DNA of 64,000 bases from Nitrospirota bacterium (GCA_963721805.1 CAVRJY010000001.1:256001-320000); one strand, 5' to 3'; positions 23,749 to 34,848 are shown, counted from the first letter of the stretch. Program-made: numbers and translations. The notes: a model not told the origin generated them from the sequence alone.

Positions 23749-24063
23749 ATGGGACTGGGGCTTAAGAAAGAAGACACGGTCGTAGTCACGACCGGCAGGG
23801 AGAAGGGCAAGAAGGGCCGCGTGCTGCAGGTCACAAAGGGGCGCGTGCTGATCGAGAAGATCAACATCATAAAGAAGCACATGAAGCCCAACCAGATCAA
23901 CCAGCAGGGCGGGATTATCGAGAAGGAGGCACCGGTGCACGTCTCAAACGTGAGGCTGGTATGCCCCAAGTGCGACAAGCCCACCCGCATCGGCAACCTG
24001 GAACTCGGCGACGGCCGCAAGGTGCGCGTCTGCATGAAGTGCAAGGAGGTCATGGACCGCTGA
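23749..24063 (+). CDS. rplX: 50S ribosomal protein L24
   Basis: KOW motif [23 protein letters not shown]. Confidence 0.98.
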   Translation: MGLGLKKEDTVVVTTGREKGKKGRVLQVTKGRVLIEKINIIKKHMKPNQINQQGGIIEKEAPVHVSNVRLVCPKCDKPTRIGNLELGDGRKVRVCMKCKEVMDR

Positions 24064-24608
24064 TGGCAACTCCAAGGATGAAAGAGAAATACGTGAGCGC
24101 GGCAGTCCCGGCGCTCCAGACCGAGTTCGGCTACAAGAGCCCGATGCAGGTGCCGCGCATACAGAAGATAGTGCTCAACGTGGGCCTCGGCGAGGCCGTG
24201 CAGAACGTAAAGCTCCTCGACGCCGTGCAGAAGGAGCTGGCCGCCATAACCGGGCAGAAGCCCGTGGTCACGAAGGCCAAGAAGGCGATCGCCGGTTTCA
24301 AGCTCAGAAAAGGGCTGCCGATCGGCTGCATGGTGACGCTCCGCGGGGCGCGGATGTACGAGTTCCTCGACAGGCTCATCAGCCTCGCGCTTCCGCGCAT
24401 CAGGGACTTCCGCGGCATACCCAGGAAGTCCTTCGACGGCAACGGCAACTACGCCCTTGGGCTCAAGGAGCAGTTCCTGTTTCCGGAGATCAATCCCGAT
24501 AAGGTCGAACTCGTCCATGGCATGGACGTCGTGATATGCACGTCCGCGAGGACGGACCAAGAGGCGAGGGCGCTCCTGACTCACATGGGAATGCCTTTCG
24601 TAAACTGA
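24063..24608 (+). CDS. rplE: 50S ribosomal protein L5
   Basis: [27 protein letters not shown]. Confidence 0.99.
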   Translation: MATPRMKEKYVSAAVPALQTEFGYKSPMQVPRIQKIVLNVGLGEAVQNVKLLDAVQKELAAITGQKPVVTKAKKAIAGFKLRKGLPIGCMVTLRGARMYEFLDRLISLALPRIRDFRGIPRKSFDGNGNYALGLKEQFLFPEINPDKVELVHGMDVVICTSARTDQEARALLTHMGMPFVN

Positions 24609-24621
24609 AGGAGTACGGACT

Positions 24622-24807
24622 GTGGCCAAGAAGTGCATGATGATCAAGGCGAGTCGTGAACCCAAGTTCGGGGTTCGGGCGTCGAACAGGTGCAGGCTCT
24701 GCGGGAGACCGAGGGGCTACATGCGGAAGTTCGGTATTTGCAGGATCTGCTTCCGCAATCTGGCCCTTAAGGGACAGATACCGGGCGTAACGAAATCAAG
24801 CTGGTAG
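24622..24807 (+). CDS. rpsN: 30S ribosomal protein S14, short zinc-binding type
   Basis: 61 aa; CRLC...[13 protein letters not shown]. Confidence 0.98.
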   Translation: MAKKCMMIKASREPKFGVRASNRCRLCGRPRGYMRKFGICRICFRNLALKGQIPGVTKSSW

Positions 24808-24821
24808 GGGTGGCATAGACT

Positions 24822-25214
24822 ATGTGGAGCGATACGATCGCGGACATGCTTACTAGGATCAGGAACGCGGCGCGCATGAAGGCCGACAAGGTCGACATAC
24901 CGGCGTCGAGGATGAAGCTGGAGATCGCCAAGATCCTGAAGGAAGAGGGCTTTATCCGCGCCTACAAGATAATCAAGTACAAGAAGCAGGGCATCCTCAG
25001 GGTGAACCTCAAGTACGTCGAAGAGACATGCGTGATCAGCGGGCTTAAGAAGATCAGCAAGGGCGGCCGCCGCGTCTACGTCGGCTGCAAGGAGATCCCG
25101 AAGGTCCAGGGCGGCGTCGGCATATCGATCCTCTCGACCCCCCGCGGCGTCCTGAGCGACCGCACCTGCAAGACCGAAAACGTGGGCGGCGAGCTCATCT
25201 GCACGGTCTGGTAA
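24822..25214 (+). CDS. rpsH: 30S ribosomal protein S8
   Basis: IADMLTRIRNA, GGELICTVW. Confidence 0.99.
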   Translation: MWSDTIADMLTRIRNAARMKADKVDIPASRMKLEIAKILKEEGFIRAYKIIKYKKQGILRVNLKYVEETCVISGLKKISKGGRRVYVGCKEIPKVQGGVGISILSTPRGVLSDRTCKTENVGGELICTVW

Positions 25215-25224
25215 GGGAGACGAC

Positions 25225-25767
25225 ATGTCAAGGATAGGCAAGAAACCGATAGAGCTGCCCAAGGGCGTGGACATAAAGATCGACGGCCGCAACATCTCCG
25301 TGAAGGGCCCTAAGGGCTCCCTCTCGTGGGAGCACCCCGAGCGCCTGAGCGTCAAGGTCGACGCCGGGGTCATGACGGTCGAGCGCGCCGACGAGACGAA
25401 GCAGGTCCGCGCTCTGCACGGGCTTTCAAGGAGCCTTCTTAACAACATGGTCCTCGGCGTATCGGCCGGCTACCAGAGGGTGATGGAGCTGGTAGGCGTC
25501 GGGCTTCGCGCCACGGCCGTCCCCGGCAAGCTTAACCTCGCGCTCGGCTTTTCGCACCCGGTGGAGTTTAACCTCCCCGACGGCGTCACGGCCGAGGTCG
25601 ACAAGAAGCAGACCACGATCACGCTAAACGGCATCGACAAGCAGAAGCTCGGGCAGACGGTCGCGGACTTGCGGTCCCTCAGGCCGCCCGATGCGTACAA
25701 GGGCAAGGGCATCAGGAACCAGGGCGAGCGCATCAAGCTCAAAGCCGGCAAGTCTTCGAAGAAGTAA
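25225..25767 (+). CDS. rplF: 50S ribosomal protein L6
   Basis: MSRIGKKPI, RPPDAYKGKGIR. Confidence 0.99.
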   Translation: MSRIGKKPIELPKGVDIKIDGRNISVKGPKGSLSWEHPERLSVKVDAGVMTVERADETKQVRALHGLSRSLLNNMVLGVSAGYQRVMELVGVGLRATAVPGKLNLALGFSHPVEFNLPDGVTAEVDKKQTTITLNGIDKQKLGQTVADLRSLRPPDAYKGKGIRNQGERIKLKAGKSSKK

Positions 25768-25794
25768 TTATAAACAGGAGGCGTAGAAAACAAA

Positions 25795-26160
25795 GTGGCT
25801 TCCAAGATTGACATATCCCGCCAGAGGCGGCACGACAGGCTCCGCAAGAAGGTGAAGGGCGACCCCGAGAGGCCGCGCCTTTGCGTCTACAGGACCGCCT
25901 CGAACATTTACGCACAGATAATCGACGACACCAAGGGCAGCACCCTCGTGGCGGCATCGACCGTCGCGAAGGAGTTCACCGGGGACTATAAGGGCCACAA
26001 GGGCAACGTCGCGGCCGCCAAGCGCGCGGGCGAGCTGATAGGCAAGAAGGCGCTCGCCGCCGGGATCAAGAAGGTAGTGTTCGACCGCGGCGGCTATCCG
26101 TACCATGGCAGGATCAAGGCCCTGGCCGACGCAGCCCGCGAGGCCGGGCTGGATTTCTAG
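25795..26160 (+). CDS. rplR: 50S ribosomal protein L18
   Basis: [21 protein letters not shown]. Confidence 0.99.
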   Translation: MASKIDISRQRRHDRLRKKVKGDPERPRLCVYRTASNIYAQIIDDTKGSTLVAASTVAKEFTGDYKGHKGNVAAAKRAGELIGKKALAAGIKKVVFDRGGYPYHGRIKALADAAREAGLDF

Positions 26161-26193
26161 ACGATGATCACTGGGACAAAAACAGGAGGCGTA

Positions 26194-26742
26194 GTGGGAA
26201 AGATCGACCCCGAAGGGCTGACGCTAAAGGACAAGGTGGTTTTCATTAACAGGGTTGCCAAGGTCGTCAAGGGCGGCCGGAGGTTCTCCTTCAGCGCGCT
26301 GGTAGTGGTCGGAGACGGCGCAGGCACGGTAGGGATGGGCAAGGGCAAGGCGACCGAAGTGCCCGAGGCCATCAGGAAGGCCGTCGAACAGGCCCGCAAG
26401 TCGCTCTTGAAATTCCCCCTGAGGGAGGGCACTGTCCCCCACCAGACGATAGGAAAATACAGCGCAGGCATTGTGATTATCAACCCGGCCGTCAAGGGCA
26501 CCGGCATAATCGCAGGCGGCGCGGTCCGCGCGATATTCGAGGTCAGCGGCCTGCAGGACGTCGTGGCCAAGAGCCTCGGGGGCCACAACCCCTTCAACAC
26601 CGTGCGCGCCACCCTCGACGGGCTCATGAAGCTCCGCGACCCCGAGGCAGTCCTGAAGCTCAGGGGCAGGGGCGAGGGCGAAGAGGCAGCAGCAGTAGCA
26701 GTTGCGGCGGCTCCGGCGGCCGCACCGGCCGAAAAGGCCTAG
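26194..26742 (+). CDS. rpsE: 30S ribosomal protein S5 with Ala-rich C-terminal tail
   Basis: [25 protein letters not shown] before GTG 26194. Confidence 0.98.
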   Translation: MGKIDPEGLTLKDKVVFINRVAKVVKGGRRFSFSALVVVGDGAGTVGMGKGKATEVPEAIRKAVEQARKSLLKFPLREGTVPHQTIGKYSAGIVIINPAVKGTGIIAGGAVRAIFEVSGLQDVVAKSLGGHNPFNTVRATLDGLMKLRDPEAVLKLRGRGEGEEAAAVAVAAAPAAAPAEKA

Positions 26743-26771
26743 TTTTTTAAAATTACGGGAGAACGCAGACA

Positions 26772-27209
26772 GTGAACATAACTGATATAAAGCCTGCAAA
26801 GGGAAGCAATAAAGCACCGAAGCGCGTAGGGCGGGGCTTCGGCTCCGGCCACGGCAAGACCTCGTGCAAGGGCCACAAGGGACAGAAGGCCCGCTCGGGC
26901 GGCAGCATACCGCCGGGGTTCGAGGGCGGGCAGATGCCGATGCAGCGCCGCCTCCCGAAGCGCGGCTTCACGAGCACCTTCGGCACCGAGCTCGCGATCA
27001 TCAACCTCTCGGACATCGAGCGGAGCGGCCTGACGGTCGTCGACCCCGAGACGCTCATCCAGAAGGGCATGCTCAAGAGCCTCCTGGACGGGCTCAAGGT
27101 TTTGGGCACCGGCACGCTGAGCCGCGCCGTAACGGTCAGGGCCAGCGCCTTCAGCGCCTCGGCCGCCGAGAAGATCAAGAACGCTGGCGGAAGCGCCGAG
27201 GTCATATAG
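26772..27209 (+). CDS. rplO: 50S ribosomal protein L15
   Basis: GFEGGQMPMQRRLPKRGF. Confidence 0.99.
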   Translation: MNITDIKPAKGSNKAPKRVGRGFGSGHGKTSCKGHKGQKARSGGSIPPGFEGGQMPMQRRLPKRGFTSTFGTELAIINLSDIERSGLTVVDPETLIQKGMLKSLLDGLKVLGTGTLSRAVTVRASAFSASAAEKIKNAGGSAEVI

Positions 27210-28514
<1,305 letters not shown>

Positions 28515-28565
28515 CCCCGGCATGCAACGCGCTATGGCCGCCTCAGCGGGGTCGCTCGCGGACTG

Positions 28566-29327
28566 ATGATATTCGTCAAGTCCGAAGACGAAATCAAGCG
28601 GATGGCCGAGGCCTGTGAGATCACGGCCGAGGTCCTCGAAGAATTAAGAGGGGCCGTGGCCCCTGGGATCACGACCGCGGACCTTGAGCGGATCGCCAGC
28701 GACGGGATACTCCGCCGCGGGGGAGTACCGGCCTTCAAGGGCTACCGGGGATACCCGGCATGCATATGCGCGTCGGTCAACTCCGAGGTCATACACGGCA
28801 TCCCCTCCGAGCGGACGAGGCTTAAAGAAGGCGACATAATAGGGATCGACCTTGGGGTCAACTACAAGGGCTACTTCGGCGATTCCGCGATAACGGTGGC
28901 GGTGGGCGCGATATCCCCCGAGGCCCAGAAGCTCATGAGGGTCACGGAGGAGTCGCTTTACGCAGGCATAAAGATGGCGCGCGACGGAGGGCGAGTCTCG
29001 GACATCTCGCACGCAGTGCAGTCCTACGTCGAGGCGCACGGGTTCTCCGTGGTCCGGAGCTTCGTGGGGCACGGCATCGGCAAATCGATGCACGAGGACC
29101 CGCAGGTCCCGAATTACGGCCTGCCGGGCCGGGGGCCGAGGCTCAAGCGCGGCATGACGATCGCGATAGAGCCGATGGTCAACGCCGGCCGCAGCGAGGT
29201 CAAGGTGCTAGAGGACGGCTGGACGGCGGTGACCGTCGATGGGAGCCTCTCGGCCCACTTCGAGCACACCGTGGCCATAACCGCGGACGAGCCGGTGATA
29301 CTTACGAGGGTCGCGGCGAGGGCCTGA
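28566..29327 (+). CDS. map: Type I methionine aminopeptidase
   Basis: IHGIP, DSAIT, GHGIG, AIEPM, SAHFEHT. Confidence 0.98.
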   Translation: MIFVKSEDEIKRMAEACEITAEVLEELRGAVAPGITTADLERIASDGILRRGGVPAFKGYRGYPACICASVNSEVIHGIPSERTRLKEGDIIGIDLGVNYKGYFGDSAITVAVGAISPEAQKLMRVTEESLYAGIKMARDGGRVSDISHAVQSYVEAHGFSVVRSFVGHGIGKSMHEDPQVPNYGLPGRGPRLKRGMTIAIEPMVNAGRSEVKVLEDGWTAVTVDGSLSAHFEHTVAITADEPVILTRVAARA

Positions 29328-29484
29328 CCACGGCGCAGCGGGCTGTATGCGGGCCATGGGTGGCGGCGCCGGGCGTTAAGTTTGCGGTGGATGATGTTTC
29401 AGCGATGGGCAGCCGGGCTGCGCCAGCGAGGCCTGGGAGTGTACGGGCCGAGCTGTAATAAGGGGCGCGTGAAATGCGCCTATC

Positions 29485-29514
29485 TTGACGGAAAGGTATT
29501 AATTTATATATAAT
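29485..29514 (+). promoter_or_regulatory. Promoter for infA-rpmJ-alpha operon
   Basis: TTGACG-N18-TATAAT, 10 nt before the infA ATG. Confidence 0.7.
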
Positions 29515-29524
29515 TAGCGGTTAA

Positions 29525-29743
29525 ATGTCAAAAGAAGACACAATAGAGCTTAACGGTACGATCGTAGAGACCCTGCCGAACGCGCAGTTCAAGGTCGAGC
29601 TTGAGAGCGGGCAGGTGATACTGGCATACATATCCGGCAAGATGAGGATGAACTTCATCAAGATCCTGCCGGGCGACAGCGTTTTAGTGGAAATGTCCCC
29701 TTATGACCTCACCAAGGGGCGGATAACATACAGGTACAAGTAG
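29525..29743 (+). CDS. infA: Translation initiation factor IF-1
   Basis: [16 protein letters not shown]...[13 protein letters not shown]. Confidence 0.99.
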   Translation: MSKEDTIELNGTIVETLPNAQFKVELESGQVILAYISGKMRMNFIKILPGDSVLVEMSPYDLTKGRITYRYK

Positions 29744-29756
29744 AAGGAGACGGCAG

Positions 29757-29870
29757 ATGAAGGTACGTTCGTCGGTTAAGGCAATATGCCCCAAATGCAA
29801 GGTGATCAAGCGCAAGGGTGTCGTGCGCGTGATTTGCGAAAACGCGCGCCACAAGCAGCGTCAGGGATAG
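29757..29870 (+). CDS. rpmJ: 50S ribosomal protein L36 (below ORF-track cutoff)
   Basis: Translated by hand: [37 protein letters not shown]. Confidence 0.98.
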   Translation: MKVRSSVKAICPKCKVIKRKGVVRVICENARHKQRQG

Positions 29871-29891
29871 AAAGGGAGACAGGCAAACACT

Positions 29892-30260
29892 ATGGCCAGA
29901 ATCGCGGGCGTTGATTTACCCAAGAACGAGCGCGTCGAGATCGGGCTTACGAGGATATACGGCATAGGCCGCACGGCCTCGCTCAAGATCCTCACCGAGT
30001 CCGGCATAGATACAAACATCAGGGTCAAGGACCTCACGGACGACCAGATCCTGAAGATACGTACGATCATCGAGCGCGACCACAAGGTCGAGGGCGACAA
30101 GCGCCGCGAGCTCGCGAACGACGTTAAGCGCCTTATGGACATAGGTTGCTACCGCGGGCTCAGGCACCGCAGCGGCCTCCCGGTACGCGGGCAGCGGACC
30201 AAGACCAACGCACGCACCCGCAAGGGGCCGCGCAAGGTCGTCACGGGCAAGAAGAAATAA
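29892..30260 (+). CDS. rpsM: 30S ribosomal protein S13
   Basis: [27 protein letters not shown]. Confidence 0.99.
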   Translation: MARIAGVDLPKNERVEIGLTRIYGIGRTASLKILTESGIDTNIRVKDLTDDQILKIRTIIERDHKVEGDKRRELANDVKRLMDIGCYRGLRHRSGLPVRGQRTKTNARTRKGPRKVVTGKKK

Positions 30261-30275
30261 AATGAGGGACGGTAG

Positions 30276-30668
30276 ATGACAGTAAAGAAGAAAAGCAGCA
30301 AGGGGAAGCGCGAGAAGAAGAACATCGCCACGGGCTCGGCCCACATACAGGCGTCGTTCAATAACACCATCGTGTCGATAACCGACCCGATGGGCAATGT
30401 CGTCTCATGGTGCAGCGCCGGACAGATGGGCTTTAAGGGCTCCCGCAAGGGCACGCTCTACGCGGCCCAGATGGCGGCCGACGCCGCCGCCAAGCGCGCG
30501 ACCGAGCACGGCATGAGGCAGGTCGACGTATACATCAAGGGTCCGGGCTCCGGCCGCGAAAGCGCGATCCGCGCGCTTCAGGCCGCGGGGCTTGAGGTCA
30601 CGATGATCAAGGACGTCACCCCCGTTCCCCATAACGGCTGCCGCCCGCCTAAAAGGAGAAGGGTGTAG
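30276..30668 (+). CDS. rpsK: 30S ribosomal protein S11
   Basis: [26 protein letters not shown]. Confidence 0.99.
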   Translation: MTVKKKSSKGKREKKNIATGSAHIQASFNNTIVSITDPMGNVVSWCSAGQMGFKGSRKGTLYAAQMAADAAAKRATEHGMRQVDVYIKGPGSGRESAIRALQAAGLEVTMIKDVTPVPHNGCRPPKRRRV

Positions 30669-30670
30669 CC

Positions 30671-31297
30671 ATGGCAAGATATAGAGAAGCCATATGCAGG
30701 CAGTGCCGCCGCGAGGGCGAGAAGCTCTTCCTCAAGGGCGACAGGTGTTTTACCGAGAAATGCGCTGTGGAGCGCCGCAAGTACCCGCCCGGGCAGCATG
30801 GCCAGAGGCGCGGGAAGCTCTCCGACTATGGCATACAGCTGCGCGAGAAGCAGAAGGTGCGCAACAGCTACAGCGTCCTGGAGAAGCAGTTTAAGAAGTA
30901 CTTCTTCATCGCCGAGGGCAAGAAGGGCGTCACGGGCGAGGTCCTGCTCCAGCTCCTGGAGCTCAGGCTCGACAACGTAGTGTTCCGCATGGGCTTTGCG
31001 GCCAACCGCCGCCAGGGCCGCCAGCTGGTGGGCCACGGCTTCTTCATCGTAAACGGCGTGCGCGTCACGATACCCTCGTACATCGTCCGCTCCGGTGACG
31101 TCGTCACTCTGAGCGAGACCGGCAAGAAGCTCGCGTCGGTTGGCGACAGCATCGCGAAGGCCGGCCACCGCGGCCTGCCAGCGTGGGTCGAGGTCAACGC
31201 CGCCCAGTTTACGGGCAAGGTCATCCACCTGCCCACGCGCGAGGAGATCGCATTGCCGGCCAACGAACAGCTGATCGTCGAGCTATATTCGCGCTAA
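30671..31297 (+). CDS. rpsD: 30S ribosomal protein S4 (Cys-containing type)
   Basis: CRQCRREG, LELRLDNVVFRMG, IVELYSR. Confidence 0.99.
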   Translation: MARYREAICRQCRREGEKLFLKGDRCFTEKCAVERRKYPPGQHGQRRGKLSDYGIQLREKQKVRNSYSVLEKQFKKYFFIAEGKKGVTGEVLLQLLELRLDNVVFRMGFAANRRQGRQLVGHGFFIVNGVRVTIPSYIVRSGDVVTLSETGKKLASVGDSIAKAGHRGLPAWVEVNAAQFTGKVIHLPTREEIALPANEQLIVELYSR

Positions 31298-31384
31298 GCA
31301 TGACACGACCGCCCGCCGCGCTGCGGCTGGCGTTTTTAGATAAGATACGAGAATACATAGAAAGTTTCTTCAAGGAGGTCTTTG

Positions 31385-32404
31385 ATGGACCTGAAAAAAC
31401 GGGGATTCCAGCTTCCCGAGAAGATGAGGTTCGATGAGGATACCCTCACGGACACATACGGCAAGCTCATTGCCGAGCCGCTCGAGCGCGGCTTCGGCAT
31501 AACTATAGGCAACAGCCTCAGGAGGGTTCTGCTCTCCTCAATAGAGGGCGCGGCGGTCACCGCTGTGCGCTTCGGCAGCGTCATGCACGAGTTCACCCCG
31601 ATACCGGGCGTGAAGGAGGACGCGGTCGACATAATCCTCAACGTCAAGGGCCTCGAGTTCGCGATGGACGGGCTGGCGCGCTCCAGGACCGCGACCGTAA
31701 AGGTCAAGGGCCCGGCCGTCGTCACCGGCGCGGACTTCCAGCTCGACCAGGCCGTGAGGCTCCTTAACCCCGAACGCCATGTCGCCACCGTGGACAAGGG
31801 CTCGGTCTTCGAAGGCGAGCTCTACATCGAGAAGGGCACCGGGTACGTCGAGGCCGAGTTCAACATGGACGAGGAGTACCCCGTCGGCGTCATCCCGATC
31901 GACAGCAACTACAGCCCGGTCAAGAAGGTCAATTTCACGGTCGAGAAGGCCCGCGTCGGCCGCTCCACCGACTTCGACAAGCTCATCCTGGAGGTCTGGA
32001 CCAACGGGGCCATAACCCCGAAGGCCGCGATCTCTCAGGCCGCATCGATCATCATCGAGCACATGGGATTTTTCGTGTTCGAGCACGGCGAGGAGGGCGC
32101 GGAGCCCGATATGCTCGTCTCGAAGGGCATGCACCAGGAGGCGATCTTCAACGAGAACCTGCTTAAGAGCGTCGAGGAGCTCGAGCTCTCCGTGCGCGCC
32201 CACAACTGCCTCAAGAACGCCGACATAAAGACCATCGCCGACCTCGTCGAGAAGAGCGAAAACGAGATGCTCCGCACCAAGAACTTCGGCCGCAAGTCGT
32301 TAAACGAGATCAAGGAGATCATCAACGGCATGGGCCTGGACTTCGGGATGCGCGTGGACCGCGAAGCCCTCGAAAAATACAAGGAGAAAACCAATGCGTC
32401 ATAA
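31385..32404 (+). CDS. rpoA: RNA polymerase alpha subunit
   Basis: EPLERGFGITIGNSLRRVLLSS, LSVRAHNCLK, NFGRKSLNEI. Confidence 0.99.
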   Translation: MDLKKRGFQLPEKMRFDEDTLTDTYGKLIAEPLERGFGITIGNSLRRVLLSSIEGAAVTAVRFGSVMHEFTPIPGVKEDAVDIILNVKGLEFAMDGLARSRTATVKVKGPAVVTGADFQLDQAVRLLNPERHVATVDKGSVFEGELYIEKGTGYVEAEFNMDEEYPVGVIPIDSNYSPVKKVNFTVEKARVGRSTDFDKLILEVWTNGAITPKAAISQAASIIIEHMGFFVFEHGEEGAEPDMLVSKGMHQEAIFNENLLKSVEELELSVRAHNCLKNADIKTIADLVEKSENEMLRTKNFGRKSLNEIKEIINGMGLDFGMRVDREALEKYKEKTNAS

Positions 32405-32798
32405 AGTGGCCGGAAAGCTGTTCCACAGGACGGCCAACCAGAGGAAGGCCCTGCTGAGGTGCCTCGTCTCGAGCCTGTTCGAGCACCAGAGGATCGAGAC
32501 CACGGTCTCGAAGGCACGCGAGACCCGCAAGATCGCCGAGCGCCTCATCACGCTGGGCAAGCGCGGCGACCTTCACGCGAAGCGCACCGTAATGGCATCG
32601 ATCCCGAACCGCAAGCTCATGGTAAAGCTGTTTGACGAGATCGCGCCGCGCCTCATGGACCGTCCGGGCGGCTACCTGCGCATCATCAAGACCCGCGTGC
32701 GCGTCAACGACTGCTCCGAGATGGCCGTGCTCGAGTTCGTAGACTTCGAGAGCATCCGCGAGGCCGCCGCCAAGCCCGCCGCCAAGAAGGAAGCCTAG
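32394..32798 (+). CDS. rplQ: 50S ribosomal protein L17
   Basis: MRHK, IETT, RPGGYLRI. Confidence 0.98.
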   Translation: MRHKVAGKLFHRTANQRKALLRCLVSSLFEHQRIETTVSKARETRKIAERLITLGKRGDLHAKRTVMASIPNRKLMVKLFDEIAPRLMDRPGGYLRIIKTRVRVNDCSEMAVLEFVDFESIREAAAKPAAKKEA

Positions 32799-32800
32799 AG

Positions 32801-32971
32801 CTGAATACCAACGACCTCGTAACGATTCTCTTAGTCGTGGGCGTGTACATCGCGATGAGGGTCGTGCTCAGGAAGATGGGAGTGCCGACCTGAGGCGCGA
32901 GCACGGGGCCGGTCGGCCCCTCAGGTAAGGGCAATAAAGGTTGCTGCCCGATGCCGCCCAGCAAGAAATAG
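32801..32971 (+). CDS. Candidate small single-TM selenoprotein (in-frame TGA 32891-32893); 30 aa if TGA is a stop
   Basis: (M)NTNDLVTILLVVGVYIAMRVVLRKMGVPT-TGA-GASTGPVGPSGKGNKGCCPMPPSKK-TAG; hairpin 11 nt after TGA; terminator only after the TAG; start codon uncertain (CTG). Confidence 0.5.
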
Positions 32972-32990
32972 CTTAATCAGCCGCTCTACG

Positions 32991-33018
32991 GCCGCTCCCG
33001 CAAGGGGGCGGCTTTTTT
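32991..33018 (+). terminator. Rho-independent terminator of the alpha operon
   Basis: GCCGCTCCC-GCAA-GGGGGCGGC-TTTTTT. Confidence 0.85.
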
Positions 33019-33085
33019 GTTGAGTGAGCGGCTTAACTCAGCAGGCCGGAATCTGGTATATTATCCCTTAAAGGAGACACGAGAA

Positions 33086-33529
33086 ATGAACTGCAGGATA
33101 TCCCTTATAGGCGCCATCATTTTAGCCGCAGCGGTCCTGTCCGCAGCCGGTGCGTCCGCGCAGGACAAGGCCAATTTCAAGGACGGGATGTGGGAGATCA
33201 CCTCTACGATGACGATGGAGGGGATGGCCATGGGCTCGCAGACCAGCACCGTCAAGCAGTGCATGAAGTCCGACAACCCCGTGCCAGCGAACAAGAACAG
33301 CAACTGCAAGATCGACAGCCTCAACATAAGCGGCAATACCGTGGCATGGAAGATGACCTGCGATAACCCGCAGGGCGGCAAGGTCCAGAGCAACGGCAAG
33401 ATGACGTACGAAAACGGGACGAGCTTCTACGGGACGATGGAGACGAGCTTCGCCGGAGCCCAGCAGGAGATGAAGATGCAGAGTGACATGCGGGGGCACT
33501 ACGTCGGGCCCTGCACGAACGGGAAGTAG
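33086..33529 (+). CDS. Exported DUF3617-like protein
   Basis: Signal peptide; GMWEITST...QC...C...WKMTC...G.YVGPC; AAGGAG RBS. Confidence 0.8.
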   Translation: MNCRISLIGAIILAAAVLSAAGASAQDKANFKDGMWEITSTMTMEGMAMGSQTSTVKQCMKSDNPVPANKNSNCKIDSLNISGNTVAWKMTCDNPQGGKVQSNGKMTYENGTSFYGTMETSFAGAQQEMKMQSDMRGHYVGPCTNGK

Positions 33530-33547
33530 GGTTCGGTAACCTTTTTC

Positions 33548-33727
33548 AAAGCGCACCAAATCGCTTGATACGTTGTCGCGGCCTCGGAAATCCGTCCTCG
33601 ATGTACGCCCAAGTACACCGTCGGACGTTTTCCTCGCCGCTCCTAGTCTGAAGCCGATTTGGGCGCGCTTTCGGGGGTTGGTCGCGGCTCCGCCGCTGGA
33701 CCCCCGCGCCCCCGTGGTCAACGGCTT
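33548..33727 (+). mobile_element. Dispersed MITE-like hairpin repeat, copy 3 (core 33548-33671)
   Basis: AAAGCGCACCAAATCG...GTACGCCCAAGTAC...CGATTTGGGCGCGCTTT plus tail ending GGTCAACGGCTT. Confidence 0.75.
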
Positions 33728-33786
33728 TAACCAAAACTTAACCCCCGCTTCATCATGCCTGAACGGCCCGTGTTGTAAAGTCAATT

Positions 33787-33984
33787 ATGGACAAAGAAAG
33801 ACAGAAGAGCATTGGCACGGGCCAGTGCGCCGATTATCAGAAGGGCGTGAGGCGGTGCGTCAAGGGCATGGGCGTGACGCCGCTTTACAGACTGTATTTC
33901 TGCGAGTCGATGCCCGAGCGATGCCCGCTTCGGCGGGGCATGAAGGCCGATAACCGCGTATTGGAATCCGGAGGTATGCAATGA
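33787..33984 (+). CDS. Small four-cysteine protein
   Basis: C-x9-C-x14-C-x6-C; ATGA overlap with next gene; -10-like box 5 nt before the ATG. Confidence 0.6.
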   Translation: MDKERQKSIGTGQCADYQKGVRRCVKGMGVTPLYRLYFCESMPERCPLRRGMKADNRVLESGGMQ

Positions 33985-34427
33985 CCGATACATGCATGGC
34001 GCTTAACCCCGCGGATTCGCTGGCCGCCCGGGTGATCGGGAGGCGCGCATCCGCGCTGGCCGAGATCAGCGCCGGGTTCGCGGCTGCGATCCGAGAGGGG
34101 CTCTGCAAGTATGTCGTGCGGGGCGTCGTCTCTGAACTCGAAAGGCACGCGGCCGAGGGCCTTTCATACGAAGAGCTGTGCATGGCGCGAATCGACCGCA
34201 ATGAGATAGACCGCCATTTAACAGAGCACGAGCGCTTCAGGGACGAGCTCGCGAGGCTCCGGGCGGACCTTGGCTGCCTGCGGCCCGACCGCTCCAACGC
34301 GTCCTATGAGCTCTCGGTCGAGATCAACCGGCTCCTGGCCGACTGGCTGAGGCAGCACGTCGGCCGCATGGACGCGAGCCTCGTCGAATCGCTCCGCAAG
34401 GGGGCGAGCGACCCATACCCGCTCTAA
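33981..34427 (+). CDS. Degenerate hemerythrin-like protein
   Basis: YEELCM, HLTEHERF, WLRQHVGRMD match bacteriohemerythrin spacing; N-terminal His ligands absent. Confidence 0.7.
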   Translation: MTDTCMALNPADSLAARVIGRRASALAEISAGFAAAIREGLCKYVVRGVVSELERHAAEGLSYEELCMARIDRNEIDRHLTEHERFRDELARLRADLGCLRPDRSNASYELSVEINRLLADWLRQHVGRMDASLVESLRKGASDPYPL

Positions 34428-34430
34428 TTA

Positions 34431-34620
34431 AAGCCGTTGACCGCTCGCGCGATTAGGCATAGGCAACATTAAAGCGCGCCCAAATCGTCTTCAGACAAGG
34501 GGGCCGGTTGGCCCCTCTCCTTGGAAAGAGGTGCCCGTGGCACCCCGATGGTGTACTGTGACGTACATAGAGGGCGAGTCTTTGAAGCCCAACGCAGTAT
34601 CAAGCGATTTGACGCGCTTT
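34431..34620 (-). mobile_element. Dispersed MITE-like hairpin repeat, copy 4 (core 34471-34620, with GC-hairpin insertion)
   Basis: Reverse complement aligns with copy 2 over the left arm and tail. Confidence 0.75.
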
Positions 34621-34672
34621 GTAGAAGCAATCTCCCCTTGATTAGGGTCGACGCGTAACTGTACAATTTTAA

Positions 34673-34846
34673 ATGGCCGGTAGAGAGCTGTTTATTTTCT
34701 TGTTCGCGTTCGGGCTGGTCCTTTTCGACTGGCCCGCGCTCCTGATATTCCGCGACTCGCTGCCGGTAAGCCTTTTTGCGTGCTGGGGCGTCTTCATCGC
34801 CGCGCTCGGGTTCCTCTCCAGCCGCATAGCCTCGCGGAAGGGCTGA
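34673..34846 (+). CDS. Small two-TM protein upstream of the SLC5 kinase (CbrX-like position and size)
   Basis: Translated by hand: MAGRELFIFLFAFGLVLFDWPALLIFRDSLPVSLFACWGVFIAALGFLSSRIASRKG* (57 aa); stop 2 nt before the kinase ATG. Confidence 0.75.
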   Translation: MAGRELFIFLFAFGLVLFDWPALLIFRDSLPVSLFACWGVFIAALGFLSSRIASRKG

Positions 34847-34848
34847 GC

